From: a virus
Taxonomy: Duplodnaviria; Caudoviricetes
Reading direction: 5' to 3' (one strand)
DNA length: 64,000 nucleotides
IMG/VR virus record: IMGVR_UViG_2706796257_000001
Coordinates: 94,100-158,099 of that record
The notes beneath the pieces were generated by a model that did no database searches, was not told the origin of the DNA, and was given only the letters and a program-made list of their open reading frames with translations. The translations under genes were made by a program, and so were the position numbers. Within the stretch, counting starts at the first letter, position 1. Each line of letters begins with the position of its first letter. Shown here in pieces: positions 1 through 7,976 of this stretch.

Positions 1-196
1 AAAAGCCAAGCCACTGTTCACCAAACTTATCGATCAAATCTGGTAACTCGTCGAATATGAAGTTGTATGCTTTATGACGAGAGTAGCTTTCTGTTTCAAA
101 GTGGGCTGAATGAAAGTAAGAGCGAGAAGCCATCAACAACCCAAGATAAGCATCCGCTTCAGATGCTTTGCCTTTAGCAAAATCTTCAAATTTCAT
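1..196 (-). CDS. rI.-1: rI.-1-like ferritin/Dps-fold protein (runs off window start)
   Basis: Manual translation from ATG 196: MKFEDFAKGKASEADAYLGLLMASRSYFHSAHFETESYSRHKAYNFIFDELPDLIDKFGEQWLG; His/Glu pattern and position next to rI as in T4. Confidence 0.8.
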   Translation of the reverse strand, partial: MKFEDFAKGKASEADAYLGLLMASRSYFHSAHFETESYSRHKAYNFIFDELPDLIDKFGEQWLGF

Positions 197-470
197 GTTC
201 TTCCTTTTCAGTAAATCGATTGGTGTAATATTCTTTAGCAACCTCTACGCCAGCAGCTTCGCACGTGCTAGTACACGGTTGTCTATCCCATTTTGACTTA
301 ACAAATGAGAAGAATTGCTCACTTTCCCGTTTATTATAAATTTTATATTGAGTATACACTTTAAGCGCACCCTCAAAATACTCATCAAATTTAGGATTAA
401 ACGTGTCTGCATGTACTGGAACACACATAATTCCAATAAGCGCAGATAGAAATAGAGCTCTTAAGGCCAT
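186..470 (-). CDS. rI: lysis inhibition regulator (antiholin)
   Basis: N-terminal signal segment, ESEQFFSF motif, two Cys, T4 synteny. Confidence 0.9.
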   Translation of the reverse strand: MALRALFLSALIGIMCVPVHADTFNPKFDEYFEGALKVYTQYKIYNKRESEQFFSFVKSKWDRQPCTSTCEAAGVEVAKEYYTNRFTEKEEHEI

Positions 471-481
471 AATCGGCCTCC

Positions 482-700
482 TTATTTTTGTCCAGTGTTT
501 TGTTTGTGCTGTAATACAGCCTTAACTTCACTGAGGTATTTTTCCAGCTTACGTTTACGTGTATAATCTGCTTTCGAACCGTATAGACGTAATTCTTCTT
601 GAAGGTGCGAAATACCATGCCCAATCTCACGACGAAGTTCGTCCAATTGTTCTACAGTAAGATTACGAAGTTGCTTTTCGTTTAAATGCTGCATATACAC
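482..700 (-). CDS. rI.1: rI.1 conserved protein
   Basis: [22 protein letters not shown] motif, synteny. Confidence 0.85.
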   Translation of the reverse strand: MYMQHLNEKQLRNLTVEQLDELRREIGHGISHLQEELRLYGSKADYTRKRKLEKYLSEVKAVLQHKQNTGQK

Positions 701-718
701 CTCATTAGTTAGTAATAG

Positions 719-726
719 TATTTATA
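719..726 (-). promoter_or_regulatory. T4 late promoter TATAAATA for rI.1/rI
   Basis: Exact consensus on minus strand upstream of rI.1. Confidence 0.7.
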
Positions 727-741
727 AATGTAGTACTATTA

Positions 742-1320
742 TTACATACCAGTTAATTCACACCAGTGTTTGCGGCAAAGAGATACATACTTATCTTCGC
801 CACCTAACTCTATTGTATTACCTTCTTTCACCGCGTTTCCATTTTCATCTATACGAGCCACCATGGTAGCTTTTCTTCCGCAATGACAAACTCCTTTCAT
901 TTCTATCAATTTGTCAGCAACCGCCAAAAGAGAAGATGAACCTGTAAATAATTTACCTCTAAAATCTGTGCGCAATCCATATGCCATAACCGGAACATTA
1001 TAGATATCCACGATTTTACATAACTCATGAACATTAGCTTCAGTTAAAAATTGCGCCTCATCAACAAATACGCAATGAATATCTCGTTGGGTTTGAGCCC
1101 ATTTGAAAAATTCAAATATATCCATATCAGGCGTGATTACATTAGCTTCTTGGCGAAGACCAATACGTGACACAACTTCAGTTGCCGAATCTCTATCATC
1201 AATTCCCGGTTTGAGAATTAGTGTACCCATACCACGTTCTTTATAGTTATGAGCAGCTGTAAGAAGAGAAGCCGATTTCCCGGCGTTCATACTTGCATAG
1301 TTGAAATACAATTGAGCCAT
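742..1320 (-). CDS. tk: thymidine kinase
   Basis: ASMNAGKS P-loop, VDEAQF, GLRTDF, zinc-binding CHCG...CRKH. Confidence 0.98.
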   Translation of the reverse strand: MAQLYFNYASMNAGKSASLLTAAHNYKERGMGTLILKPGIDDRDSATEVVSRIGLRQEANVITPDMDIFEFFKWAQTQRDIHCVFVDEAQFLTEANVHELCKIVDIYNVPVMAYGLRTDFRGKLFTGSSSLLAVADKLIEMKGVCHCGRKATMVARIDENGNAVKEGNTIELGGEDKYVSLCRKHWCELTGM

Positions 1321-1508
1321 TATGAGTCCTTCACTAAATTTTCCAGATATTGTTCTAAAGCATTTTCAGCTTTTGTTAATTTATCTGAAATTTGATAATA
1401 TGTTTCAGCGCCGCCATAATCGGAATTAATCTCAAACGACAGGTCTTTTTCTAAATCAATTATATCACTAATCATCTGACGTATATCATGCTTTTGTTCC
1501 TTTGTCAT
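1320..1508 (-). CDS. small acidic hypothetical protein (tk.x family)
   Basis: 62-aa ORF abutting tk. Confidence 0.7.
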   Translation of the reverse strand: MTKEQKHDIRQMISDIIDLEKDLSFEINSDYGGAETYYQISDKLTKAENALEQYLENLVKDS

Positions 1509-1678
1509 GTCGTTATCTCATCTAAATATTTTTTAAGCGCTGCTTTATCGTCATCTAAAATTTTACGATAAGTTTCCCAATCATGACCAGTAATTAATTC
1601 ATCCTCATAATTAATTTGAGAACTCAAAAGCTCTTCAACAAGAAAAATAATTTCTTGATTTTGTTCTTTTGTAATCAT
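1505..1678 (-). CDS. small acidic hypothetical protein, probable paralogue of 1320-1508 (below ORF-track cutoff)
   Basis: Manual translation MITKEQNQEIIFLVEELLSSQINYEDELITGHDWETYRKILDDDKAALKKYLDEITT; start/stop overlaps on both sides. Confidence 0.7.
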   Translation of the reverse strand: MITKEQNQEIIFLVEELLSSQINYEDELITGHDWETYRKILDDDKAALKKYLDEITT

Positions 1679-2153
1679 TATTCACCATCCCAATCAACCA
1701 CAATAATATCAATATCAGGAGTAAACATATCAATAATCAACTTAATTTTATTCCAATCACCGCCAGCGATGCCAGCACCAATACGAGGAATATAAACTGT
1801 TGGATTTTCCAGACATTTACTAGCCCAACGATTTAAGCCCTGGAAAGCGTAGAGTAATGCACTATAATCTAGATTGTTACCTGGCAGATATTGTGTATAA
1901 AGCTGGCAGATATTGTGTATAAAGATTGAAGCAAATTTGACCACGTTCACCAGTCGCTTGAGTGTAATTTCCCAATTTATCTGGGTCCGCATGCTCAGTT
2001 TCATGAACATCAATTGCCAAGATTGGAGGATAAGCTTTCGCTAACTGCCCGGCTACCCCGGCTCCCATTGTATGGAAACAGTTGCAACCATGAGCTACAT
2101 TATGGCCTTCTAAGAATATCTTTACAATATCGCCTTTGATATATTTTAATCAT
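1678..2153 (-). pseudogene. tk.4: macrodomain (ADP-ribose binding/hydrolase) gene tk.4, disrupted twice
   Basis: KYIKGDIV..AHGCNCFHTMGAGVA and YIPRIGAGIAGGDW motifs lie in different frames; 22-bp tandem duplication at 1881-1924; ATG 2153 out of frame with the body. Confidence 0.85.
1881..1924. repeat. perfect 22-bp tandem duplication CTGGCAGATATTGTGTATAAAG x2
   Basis: 1881-1902 identical to 1903-1924. Confidence 0.97.
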
Positions 2154-2551
2154 TTTTTCACCATATAAGTTGAATATTCGTCAACATCATTATATACTCT
2201 AATAAAAAATGTATCGCACGTTTTCATTATAGTTTTCGCTGTGTTATAACTATCAAATGACGCTATCAAAAACGATTGCTCTATTTCTCCTTTAGCGCTT
2301 TTCTCGCAGCCCCTGATATTAAAATAACCAATGGGTATAACGACTTGGTCACCTTTATCATTATAATTATAAAACGATATACCAAGAAGCTCTTTAATTG
2401 GAATATAAATTAATTCTACATTTCGTTTAAAAGAACCGGAAGTTTCAATTTGTTTACCGGTTAGTGCTAAAACCTCTTCAGGATAGCCTGGGAGTTTTTC
2501 CCAGGCATTCAACGCAAATGTAATGAATAATAAACATATTAATTTTTTCAA
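2150..2551 (-). CDS. hypothetical exported protein
   Basis: MKKLICLLFITFALNA signal-peptide-like N-terminus; coupled to vs. Confidence 0.75.
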   Translation of the reverse strand: MKKLICLLFITFALNAWEKLPGYPEEVLALTGKQIETSGSFKRNVELIYIPIKELLGISFYNYNDKGDQVVIPIGYFNIRGCEKSAKGEIEQSFLIASFDSYNTAKTIMKTCDTFFIRVYNDVDEYSTYMVKK

Positions 2552-2868
2552 TTAGTTAATCCTCTCATGTATTGCTCTAATAATCTATTTCGGTAATCAA
2601 AACAGATTTCAGTATTTGGAGCTTTATCACACAGATTATTAAGTTGTTTAGTTTTACGATTTATTAAAACGTTCCACTCCGATTTTGATTTAGATGCTCT
2701 TACTCCGTCTTCATACGCCCCGTCCAATTGCAAGGACAAGATATCAATGCATTCTGCGTTTGTAGAACAAAATGATTTAGCGATTTTAAGCGATTCCTCC
2801 ATATTATCACCAGAAGCGTTTGCTCCCGATATAAGCAAAAGACTAAGCACAAGAGCGATTTTTTGCAT
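2548..2868 (-). CDS. vs: Vs (valyl-tRNA synthetase modifier family)
   Basis: Signal-like N-terminus, four Cys, AYEDG and YMRGL motifs as in T4 Vs; synteny. Confidence 0.8.
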   Translation of the reverse strand: MQKIALVLSLLLISGANASGDNMEESLKIAKSFCSTNAECIDILSLQLDGAYEDGVRASKSKSEWNVLINRKTKQLNNLCDKAPNTEICFDYRNRLLEQYMRGLTN

Positions 2869-3416
2869 TATTCTACCTCAATTCTCAATAGTTTATTTGA
2901 CTTTAGATAATATGCTTTTTCTAGGACTTGACTAGCATATCTGTTTCCAGATTTCCAGTTGTTCCCGGCGTTGTAACTTGCAATAGCTTTTCGCATATTA
3001 CCATTATATCTATTTAACCAATAAGAAAGTTCAATATATGACCATGACGCTGAATTCGATCGTTTATTCAACATTTTAATTATTTCAGCGTCAGTCATTT
3101 CCCACCCAATTTGTTTCAATCTAGCCCGCATTGTTGGAAGATAGTTTTGAAACATTCCATATGCTTGGTGACCAGATTTTCCTTTGGTTTTTAACCCAGC
3201 GGAAGATTCTTGCCAGACCAAAGCTGCCATAATATAACCTAGCCCTTTATTATCATAGCGGTTTGCTTGTGTTTTATATTTGCCATCCTTTGCAAATTGC
3301 TCTCCAAACTGATAAGCATAATTCAGATTTTCGAGTTGGACATTACTGAAGTTGTGCTCGGACCCAAAGGCCATTGAACAAAAGGCCAATAGACCTACGC
3401 ATAGAGCTTTTTTCAT
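2868..3416 (-). CDS. vs.1: Vs.1 SLT-type lytic transglycosylase
   Basis: QESSAG catalytic Glu, GMFQ, ASYNAG motifs; signal peptide. Confidence 0.9.
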   Translation of the reverse strand: MKKALCVGLLAFCSMAFGSEHNFSNVQLENLNYAYQFGEQFAKDGKYKTQANRYDNKGLGYIMAALVWQESSAGLKTKGKSGHQAYGMFQNYLPTMRARLKQIGWEMTDAEIIKMLNKRSNSASWSYIELSYWLNRYNGNMRKAIASYNAGNNWKSGNRYASQVLEKAYYLKSNKLLRIEVE

Positions 3417-3434
3417 GTTTACCTCATTTAAAAC

Positions 3435-3902
3435 TTAAAGATAAATTACGTGTTTGCTAGTTTTTCCTTCGTATCTATTTGTATTAACAAAAGCCATCCG
3501 ACACTGCATAGAATAAGGAGTAGAGAAAGTTTTACCAGGAGTAGGTTTTGAAACAGTGAAACCAAGCCAAAGAGTTTTGTCAGTGATTTCAAGGCGAAGA
3601 GGTCGATACTCAATATTTGGGTCTAAATTTTCTTCTGTATCTGGTCGTTCCGGGAGCTCAAGAAATTCATTAACTTCGACGACATGATTTGAAAGCTTGT
3701 GAAAAAGTTCAAAAACATAGTTCTCGTCAATTTCTCGTTGAATGGCGCGGTCCAACAAATGTTGAGAGTATTTTACATGAAAACCTGGAACTCCGGCGGA
3801 TTCGCAGGCGGCTTTTATTTCGGAATTAATTTTAGCAAATTCCGTTTCAAAAAGACGACGAAGTTTGTTGCGGCGGATGAATACTTCTGCATTAGTTGAC
3901 AT
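3435..3902 (-). CDS. regB: RegB site-specific (GGAG) endoribonuclease
   Basis: EVFIRRNKLRR..KYSQHLLDRAIQREIDE matches T4 RegB. Confidence 0.95.
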   Translation of the reverse strand: MSTNAEVFIRRNKLRRLFETEFAKINSEIKAACESAGVPGFHVKYSQHLLDRAIQREIDENYVFELFHKLSNHVVEVNEFLELPERPDTEENLDPNIEYRPLRLEITDKTLWLGFTVSKPTPGKTFSTPYSMQCRMAFVNTNRYEGKTSKHVIYL

Positions 3903-3905
3903 TTA

Positions 3906-3960
3906 TTTCTCCTCTTTATGATATAAGATTATAATAACACATAAAGAGGAGAAAGTAAAC
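3906..3960 (-). promoter_or_regulatory. early promoter with 15-bp inverted repeat covering the regB Shine-Dalgarno (PeSL-type)
   Basis: GTTTAC -35, TATTATAAT -10 region; TTTCTCCTCTTTATG 3906-3920 pairs with CATAAAGAGGAGAAA 3940-3954. Confidence 0.85.
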
Positions 3961-3962
3961 GG

Positions 3963-4243
3963 TTAGTATTTTTCTTCTGGTTGGAACACTGAACGACATG
4001 CCCACATAGATGCTTCTTTAAGACGTTCTTTGGCTAAACGAATCTGGGACACACGCGCTGTTGCTTCATCTAACTCGGAATTAGACACATTATCTTCACT
4101 TGCAAGCCCAATGTAGTAATCAGCATGAGACTTTTCAATTCGCTTAAAAAGGGTGCCTAAAACTAATTCAATTTCTTTGATTCGTTTACTACCGTGATTT
4201 TATCGTCTGTATGTGGTTTATAGCCTTTAATATCTTCAATCAT
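3963..4243 (-). pseudogene. acb2: Acb2 / Vs.4 anti-CBASS cyclic-nucleotide sponge with a 1-nt frameshift
   Basis: MIEDIKGYKPHTDDKI from ATG 4243 and LKEASMWACRSVFQPEEKY* in the -1 frame; span 281 nt (3n-1). Confidence 0.88.
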
Positions 4244-4466
4244 ATTTCACTTCCTCATTTGTAGCAATATCATATTCAACTAGACGAATAGGCTCTTCCA
4301 TCCCATACCCGCTCATAGAAATATAAGTGGATGGATAAATTGTTTCCTTTCCGTCCCAAGTTCCACCGGCCCATGCTTCCATAAAGTCTTGTTCACCGGA
4401 ATTAACTAGCCAATCAACGAATGATTTAAGGGCCATTTCCGACCCTTCAATAACTATTTTAGCCAT
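4236..4466 (-). CDS. vs.5: Vs.5 conserved protein
   Basis: MAKIVIEGS..NSGEQ..EPIRLVEYD..EEVKYD as in T4 Vs.5. Confidence 0.85.
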   Translation of the reverse strand: MAKIVIEGSEMALKSFVDWLVNSGEQDFMEAWAGGTWDGKETIYPSTYISMSGYGMEEPIRLVEYDIATNEEVKYD

Positions 4467-4996
4467 TATTGTGTTCCTATAACAAAAAATAGAGGTAGCT
4501 CATTGGTGTTCTTGAATGAAGAACAATGAGGACCTTTGAAATGAGCTTCGTAAAATTTGTTAATGTCAGGCAATCTAATTGGCTCGTCTATGATATAAAG
4601 AATACGATTAAGTGTTCTTCCACGGCATTGGTATCCACCATTGTCAATAAAAGACCTGACTGTTTCTACAAAACAATGATTGTTAAATTCTTGTTTGTTA
4701 TAATTGTGATTTCTATTAGAGAAAAACTTATCACTAATAGCAGCATGGGTGATTTTAGCGTATGACTGTTTATTGGAAATTATAATAACTGAGCCGCCAT
4801 CATTTAACCAGTCGGAAGCGAATTCAGTTATAGCAGTAGTTTTACCAGACTGCCTTCCCCCGTCTAAACGAAGTGTTCGATTATCTCTGATATCTGAAAT
4901 TGGGTCATAGCAAAAATTTGGATTATTTGAGCGACTGAATGCTTGGTCTTTAAAGGCATGCATCAGGGTCAGATAAATTGGTGTTAAGTATTTCAT
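4466..4996 (-). CDS. vs.8: Vs.8-like P-loop NTPase
   Basis: LRLDGGRQSGKT Walker A, LYIIDEP Walker B; likely start MKYLT at 4996 after GAGAG. Confidence 0.85.
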   Translation of the reverse strand: MKYLTPIYLTLMHAFKDQAFSRSNNPNFCYDPISDIRDNRTLRLDGGRQSGKTTAITEFASDWLNDGGSVIIISNKQSYAKITHAAISDKFFSNRNHNYNKQEFNNHCFVETVRSFIDNGGYQCRGRTLNRILYIIDEPIRLPDINKFYEAHFKGPHCSSFKNTNELPLFFVIGTQ

Positions 4997-5004
4997 ATTT
5001 CTCT

Positions 5005-5150
5005 CTTTTGTTGGGGCCGTTCCGTGGCACATGGATGGTCCATTTATCCAATGTAACTGGCATTACCGCACTTGGGCTAGGCCTTTTTACAGGCTCCAGA
5101 AGCTACTTCACTCAGAGGACTCGACGTTCATGAGGAGAGGTCTGGCTGCT
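5005..5150 (-). ncRNA. candidate structured RNA / 5' leader of vs.8
   Basis: Intergenic, about 53% GC by hand count, several short hairpins. Confidence 0.5.
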
Positions 5151-5166
5151 TTTTATGAAGAGACTA

Positions 5167-5430
5167 TTAATATTTTCCGCTTGTTAGTACGCCAAAATTA
5201 TCAAAATCGTCTTCAACATCAGAAGGGTCTACCTTTTTACCAGGTACAACATAAGCAATTTCGCGGCGTTTAGCATGAGTAACAATTTCTTTACCTAAGC
5301 CGTTAAAGAAAGAATAGCCATTTCGTTTTAGAGACCCAAAGTCTTCTGCGTCGCCAGTAAATGCACGAACTTTAAATGCGCCTTTTGGAGCTTTTACTGA
5401 CTCGTTAATAAATTCTTCGTAAGTTTTCAT
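5167..5430 (-). CDS. internal head protein with capsid-targeting sequence
   Basis: N-terminus MKTYEEFINE (T4 [13 protein letters not shown]). Confidence 0.8.
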   Translation of the reverse strand: MKTYEEFINESVKAPKGAFKVRAFTGDAEDFGSLKRNGYSFFNGLGKEIVTHAKRREIAYVVPGKKVDPSDVEDDFDNFGVLTSGKY

Positions 5431-5463
5431 TTTTAATTTCCAGTATTAACCAAATAGTTAGTA

Positions 5464-5508
5464 ACGTTCTGTAGAATAATTATAACATCATCTACAGAAC
5501 GTGTAAAC
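5464..5508 (-). promoter_or_regulatory. early promoter with inverted repeat (PeSL-type)
   Basis: GTTTAC..TATAAT; ACGTTCTGTAGA / TCTACAGAACGT inverted repeat. Confidence 0.8.
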
Positions 5509-5515
5509 ATTTAAA

Positions 5516-5992
5516 TTATTTGATTGATTTGACGTATCGGGTAACACCTTTGTCATTGACAAATGCAATCTTACCGCGGCTGTTATACATTGTCACAGTA
5601 CGCTGATAGCCATAAGTCTGTTTACCCGCCTGATAACCAATCAAAGCGAAGTTATCTTCACCAGGCTTGTTCAGTTTAGCTTTGATACGTTCATGGCCAT
5701 AAGCCATTAAACTTCTCTGATCACCTGTGTTCAATGCTTTGCGAACACTTTCATCGTCAACAGAGGAAACAAAATCCTCAAATGAGCTGAACTTGGCGTG
5801 GCTCTTGTTGTAAAGTTTGCCTTCAACTACATAATTATAGCCCATAACATCCATATCAACTTCAGTACCATCTTCAAGTACTACAGTGATTTTCTGACCT
5901 TTCTTGTATTTCAGCAGACCATCAGTAGATTCGTTAATGATAATCTGAGAAATTACGCGGGCTTCATTGATAAAATCTTCATAAGTTTTCAT
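5516..5992 (-). CDS. internal head protein with CTS (ipIII locus, non-T4 allele)
   Basis: Start [11 protein letters not shown] at 5992 overlapping the last codons of e. Confidence 0.8.
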   Translation of the reverse strand: MKTYEDFINEARVISQIIINESTDGLLKYKKGQKITVVLEDGTEVDMDVMGYNYVVEGKLYNKSHAKFSSFEDFVSSVDDESVRKALNTGDQRSLMAYGHERIKAKLNKPGEDNFALIGYQAGKQTYGYQRTVTMYNSRGKIAFVNDKGVTRYVKSIK

Positions 5993-6479
5993 ATGCTTTC
6001 CAAGTTCCTTTTTCAAAAGTTTTAATAACGCGACGAGCGCGATTAGTTGTTTGTTTGTACCATTTAGATTGAGCTAAATTTACAGCAGCTCTATCCCAAT
6101 CTTTAGCTTTTAATAAAGCCATAGAATTTTTAAAACCCGCTACACCAGCTACACCCATTTGAAAAACCATGTTAATCAGAGCAGCCAGACGAGGTTCATC
6201 ACCAATAAAAGAATTATATACAGGTTTTAATGTAGCATTTTTAAGAATTCCAGAAACTGCAGTTTCAACATCATTCTTGAAAATAAGTTCAGCTTCTGAT
6301 TGAGTAATTTTGCCAGACGTATTACGACCAACAAGACGGTCCAACTCGCTGATAGCTACAGATTTATTAGGGTTTTTAGTCAAAAGATGACCTATACCGA
6401 CGGTCCAAAAACCTTCGGTATCTTTATAAATTTCAAGTTTTAAACCTTCGTCGATGCGAAGCATGTCAAAAATGTTCAT
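5979..6479 (-). CDS. e: T4-type lysozyme (endolysin)
   Basis: [27 protein letters not shown] (E11, D20, T26). Confidence 0.98.
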   Translation of the reverse strand: MNIFDMLRIDEGLKLEIYKDTEGFWTVGIGHLLTKNPNKSVAISELDRLVGRNTSGKITQSEAELIFKNDVETAVSGILKNATLKPVYNSFIGDEPRLAALINMVFQMGVAGVAGFKNSMALLKAKDWDRAAVNLAQSKWYKQTTNRARRVIKTFEKGTWKAYENL

Positions 6480-6510
6480 AATACCTCCCCTTTAATAGAG
6501 GTATTTATTA
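6480..6510 (-). promoter_or_regulatory. late promoter plus RBS-sequestering hairpin of gene e
   Basis: TAATAAATACCTC...GAGGTATT ATG; same arrangement as the known T4 e control. Confidence 0.75.
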
Positions 6511-6735
6511 ATCCCAACTTTTGACAAAAAGGTCCGCCATGAATTCTTCTAGTCGGGTTTCTACAGAAGCGGACACTCCTGAAGATATAGAAACCAGATA
6601 ACCGCAAATAGGCTTAAAACTTTCTAGGTTATTTTCCATTTCATATTTAATTTGCTCTTCGGACTCGTTATCACCAAATGAATAGAGATAATTATATCCA
6701 TTTTTTGAATTTACATAAATTGCTACGCTCATCAT
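6508..6735 (-). CDS. hypothetical protein
   Basis: ORF in the coupled minus-strand array; start uncertain. Confidence 0.65.
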   Translation of the reverse strand: MMSVAIYVNSKNGYNYLYSFGDNESEEQIKYEMENNLESFKPICGYLVSISSGVSASVETRLEEFMADLFVKSWD

Positions 6736-6980
6736 ATCACCCATGAATAACGCATCATTAACATACCAGAAGCCGCTAACGGCTCAACAGAATAAATCCA
6801 CGTTTTTGTATATTTTCTGCATAAGTCTACTAACTCACCTATGTCATGAACCACAACGGATGTTAAAGGTAGAGTTATATGACCCGTATTAGTTAATACT
6901 ATCGCTTTCGGGTCATCAATAACTAAGTGCTCAATCTTCTCGTCTTCTAAATAATTTACAAGTTCTTCGAGTTTATTCAT
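6732..6980 (-). CDS. hypothetical protein
   Basis: 82-aa ORF with SD-like GGATGGT. Confidence 0.7.
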   Translation of the reverse strand: MNKLEELVNYLEDEKIEHLVIDDPKAIVLTNTGHITLPLTSVVVHDIGELVDLCRKYTKTWIYSVEPLAASGMLMMRYSWVI

Positions 6981-6992
6981 ATACCATCCAAA

Positions 6993-7193
6993 TTATATAG
7001 TACGTCCTTCGACGATTTTAGCTAAAGACCAATTTTTAGTAATGAATTCAATGATTAAATTCAATTCTTTAGCTTCGACAATATCAGTTACGTGGTTTTC
7101 GTGATTTCCAGTATTCAGAACAGCACGAAAATGATCGAATTTACCAAAATCATTAGTTACTTTATCGATAGTTACAGTGTTAAATTTAGCCAT
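6993..7193 (-). CDS. hypothetical protein
   Basis: MAKFNTV start after GGAG, downstream of early promoter. Confidence 0.7.
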   Translation of the reverse strand: MAKFNTVTIDKVTNDFGKFDHFRAVLNTGNHENHVTDIVEAKELNLIIEFITKNWSLAKIVEGRTI

Positions 7194-7242
7194 GATTTTA
7201 TTCTCCAAGTTAATTTTGTTTTACCATTTATTTGGTATGAAG

Positions 7243-7277
7243 TAATAATAACACATCCGTCCATGGATGTAAACGGT
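7243..7277 (-). promoter_or_regulatory. early promoter, near-identical to 61476-61508
   Basis: CCGTTTACATCCATGGACGGATGTGTTATTAT. Confidence 0.85.
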
Positions 7278-7360
7278 TGAAGTAAAAATTTTTAAAGTTA
7301 ACCAGAACGGTTGAGAGATTGGATACAGAAAGGATAATAGATTATAAATCTATACAAATA

Positions 7361-7386
7361 AAAATGCCCTAGAGTTAAACTAGGGC
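7361..7386 (-). terminator. rho-independent terminator
   Basis: GCCCTAG-TTTAACT-CTAGGGC followed by T-rich run. Confidence 0.75.
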
Positions 7387-7394
7387 GTGAGAGA

Positions 7395-7955
7395 TTAAAT
7401 CTTATAGAACCTGAACGGATTTATATGGAAAGCAAGCATTGCTCTAGGTATCGGACGGGATAACAAGCTTTTAAGTTTCCACCCGCAATAAACTCGTAGG
7501 TAAAATTGAATTTTTCCAATTCTTAGATAAGGAACAGCAGCAAAAACTCCCCAAGCGTCATCGTTCCACATAAACAGCCATCCATGATGAGCTTTATCCG
7601 GAGAACCCGATTCTACATTAGGGTTTCCACGATAATGAAACTCTGAAGTAGCGGGGCGGCCAAGGACATAATATGCAAAGTTATAAGCTTTATTTCGCCA
7701 CAGCCATGCTACGCGTTGAAAGTATTTACCTAAAACTGGAATTTTACGAATTTTCGACCAGCGCTCAATATGTCCACGGTCTCCATCAATAGGATTGTCG
7801 TATGTTTCCATCCAACGGAATCCTTTAGGTAAGTGACCAGTCTTTTCAGAATAGAATGGAACAATAAATGGAGCCAATACAACAGCTAAAACCATAGAAA
7901 TGAAATCTAGTGGAACAAGAAAAATCCATGAAGCGTATTTTAGAAATTTAGTCAT
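7395..7955 (-). CDS. hypothetical Trp-rich membrane protein
   Basis: N-terminal TM segment; DNPIDGD, WLWRN, GWKL motifs. Confidence 0.75.
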   Translation of the reverse strand: MTKFLKYASWIFLVPLDFISMVLAVVLAPFIVPFYSEKTGHLPKGFRWMETYDNPIDGDRGHIERWSKIRKIPVLGKYFQRVAWLWRNKAYNFAYYVLGRPATSEFHYRGNPNVESGSPDKAHHGWLFMWNDDAWGVFAAVPYLRIGKIQFYLRVYCGWKLKSLLSRPIPRAMLAFHINPFRFYKI

Positions 7956-7976
7956 AATCTACTCTAATTAAAATAT

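Noticed and set aside
5031-5273. 80-aa plus-strand ORF across the GC-rich element
   Set aside because: Opposite to local transcription, overlaps an IP gene, no clear RBS; the structured-RNA reading fits better
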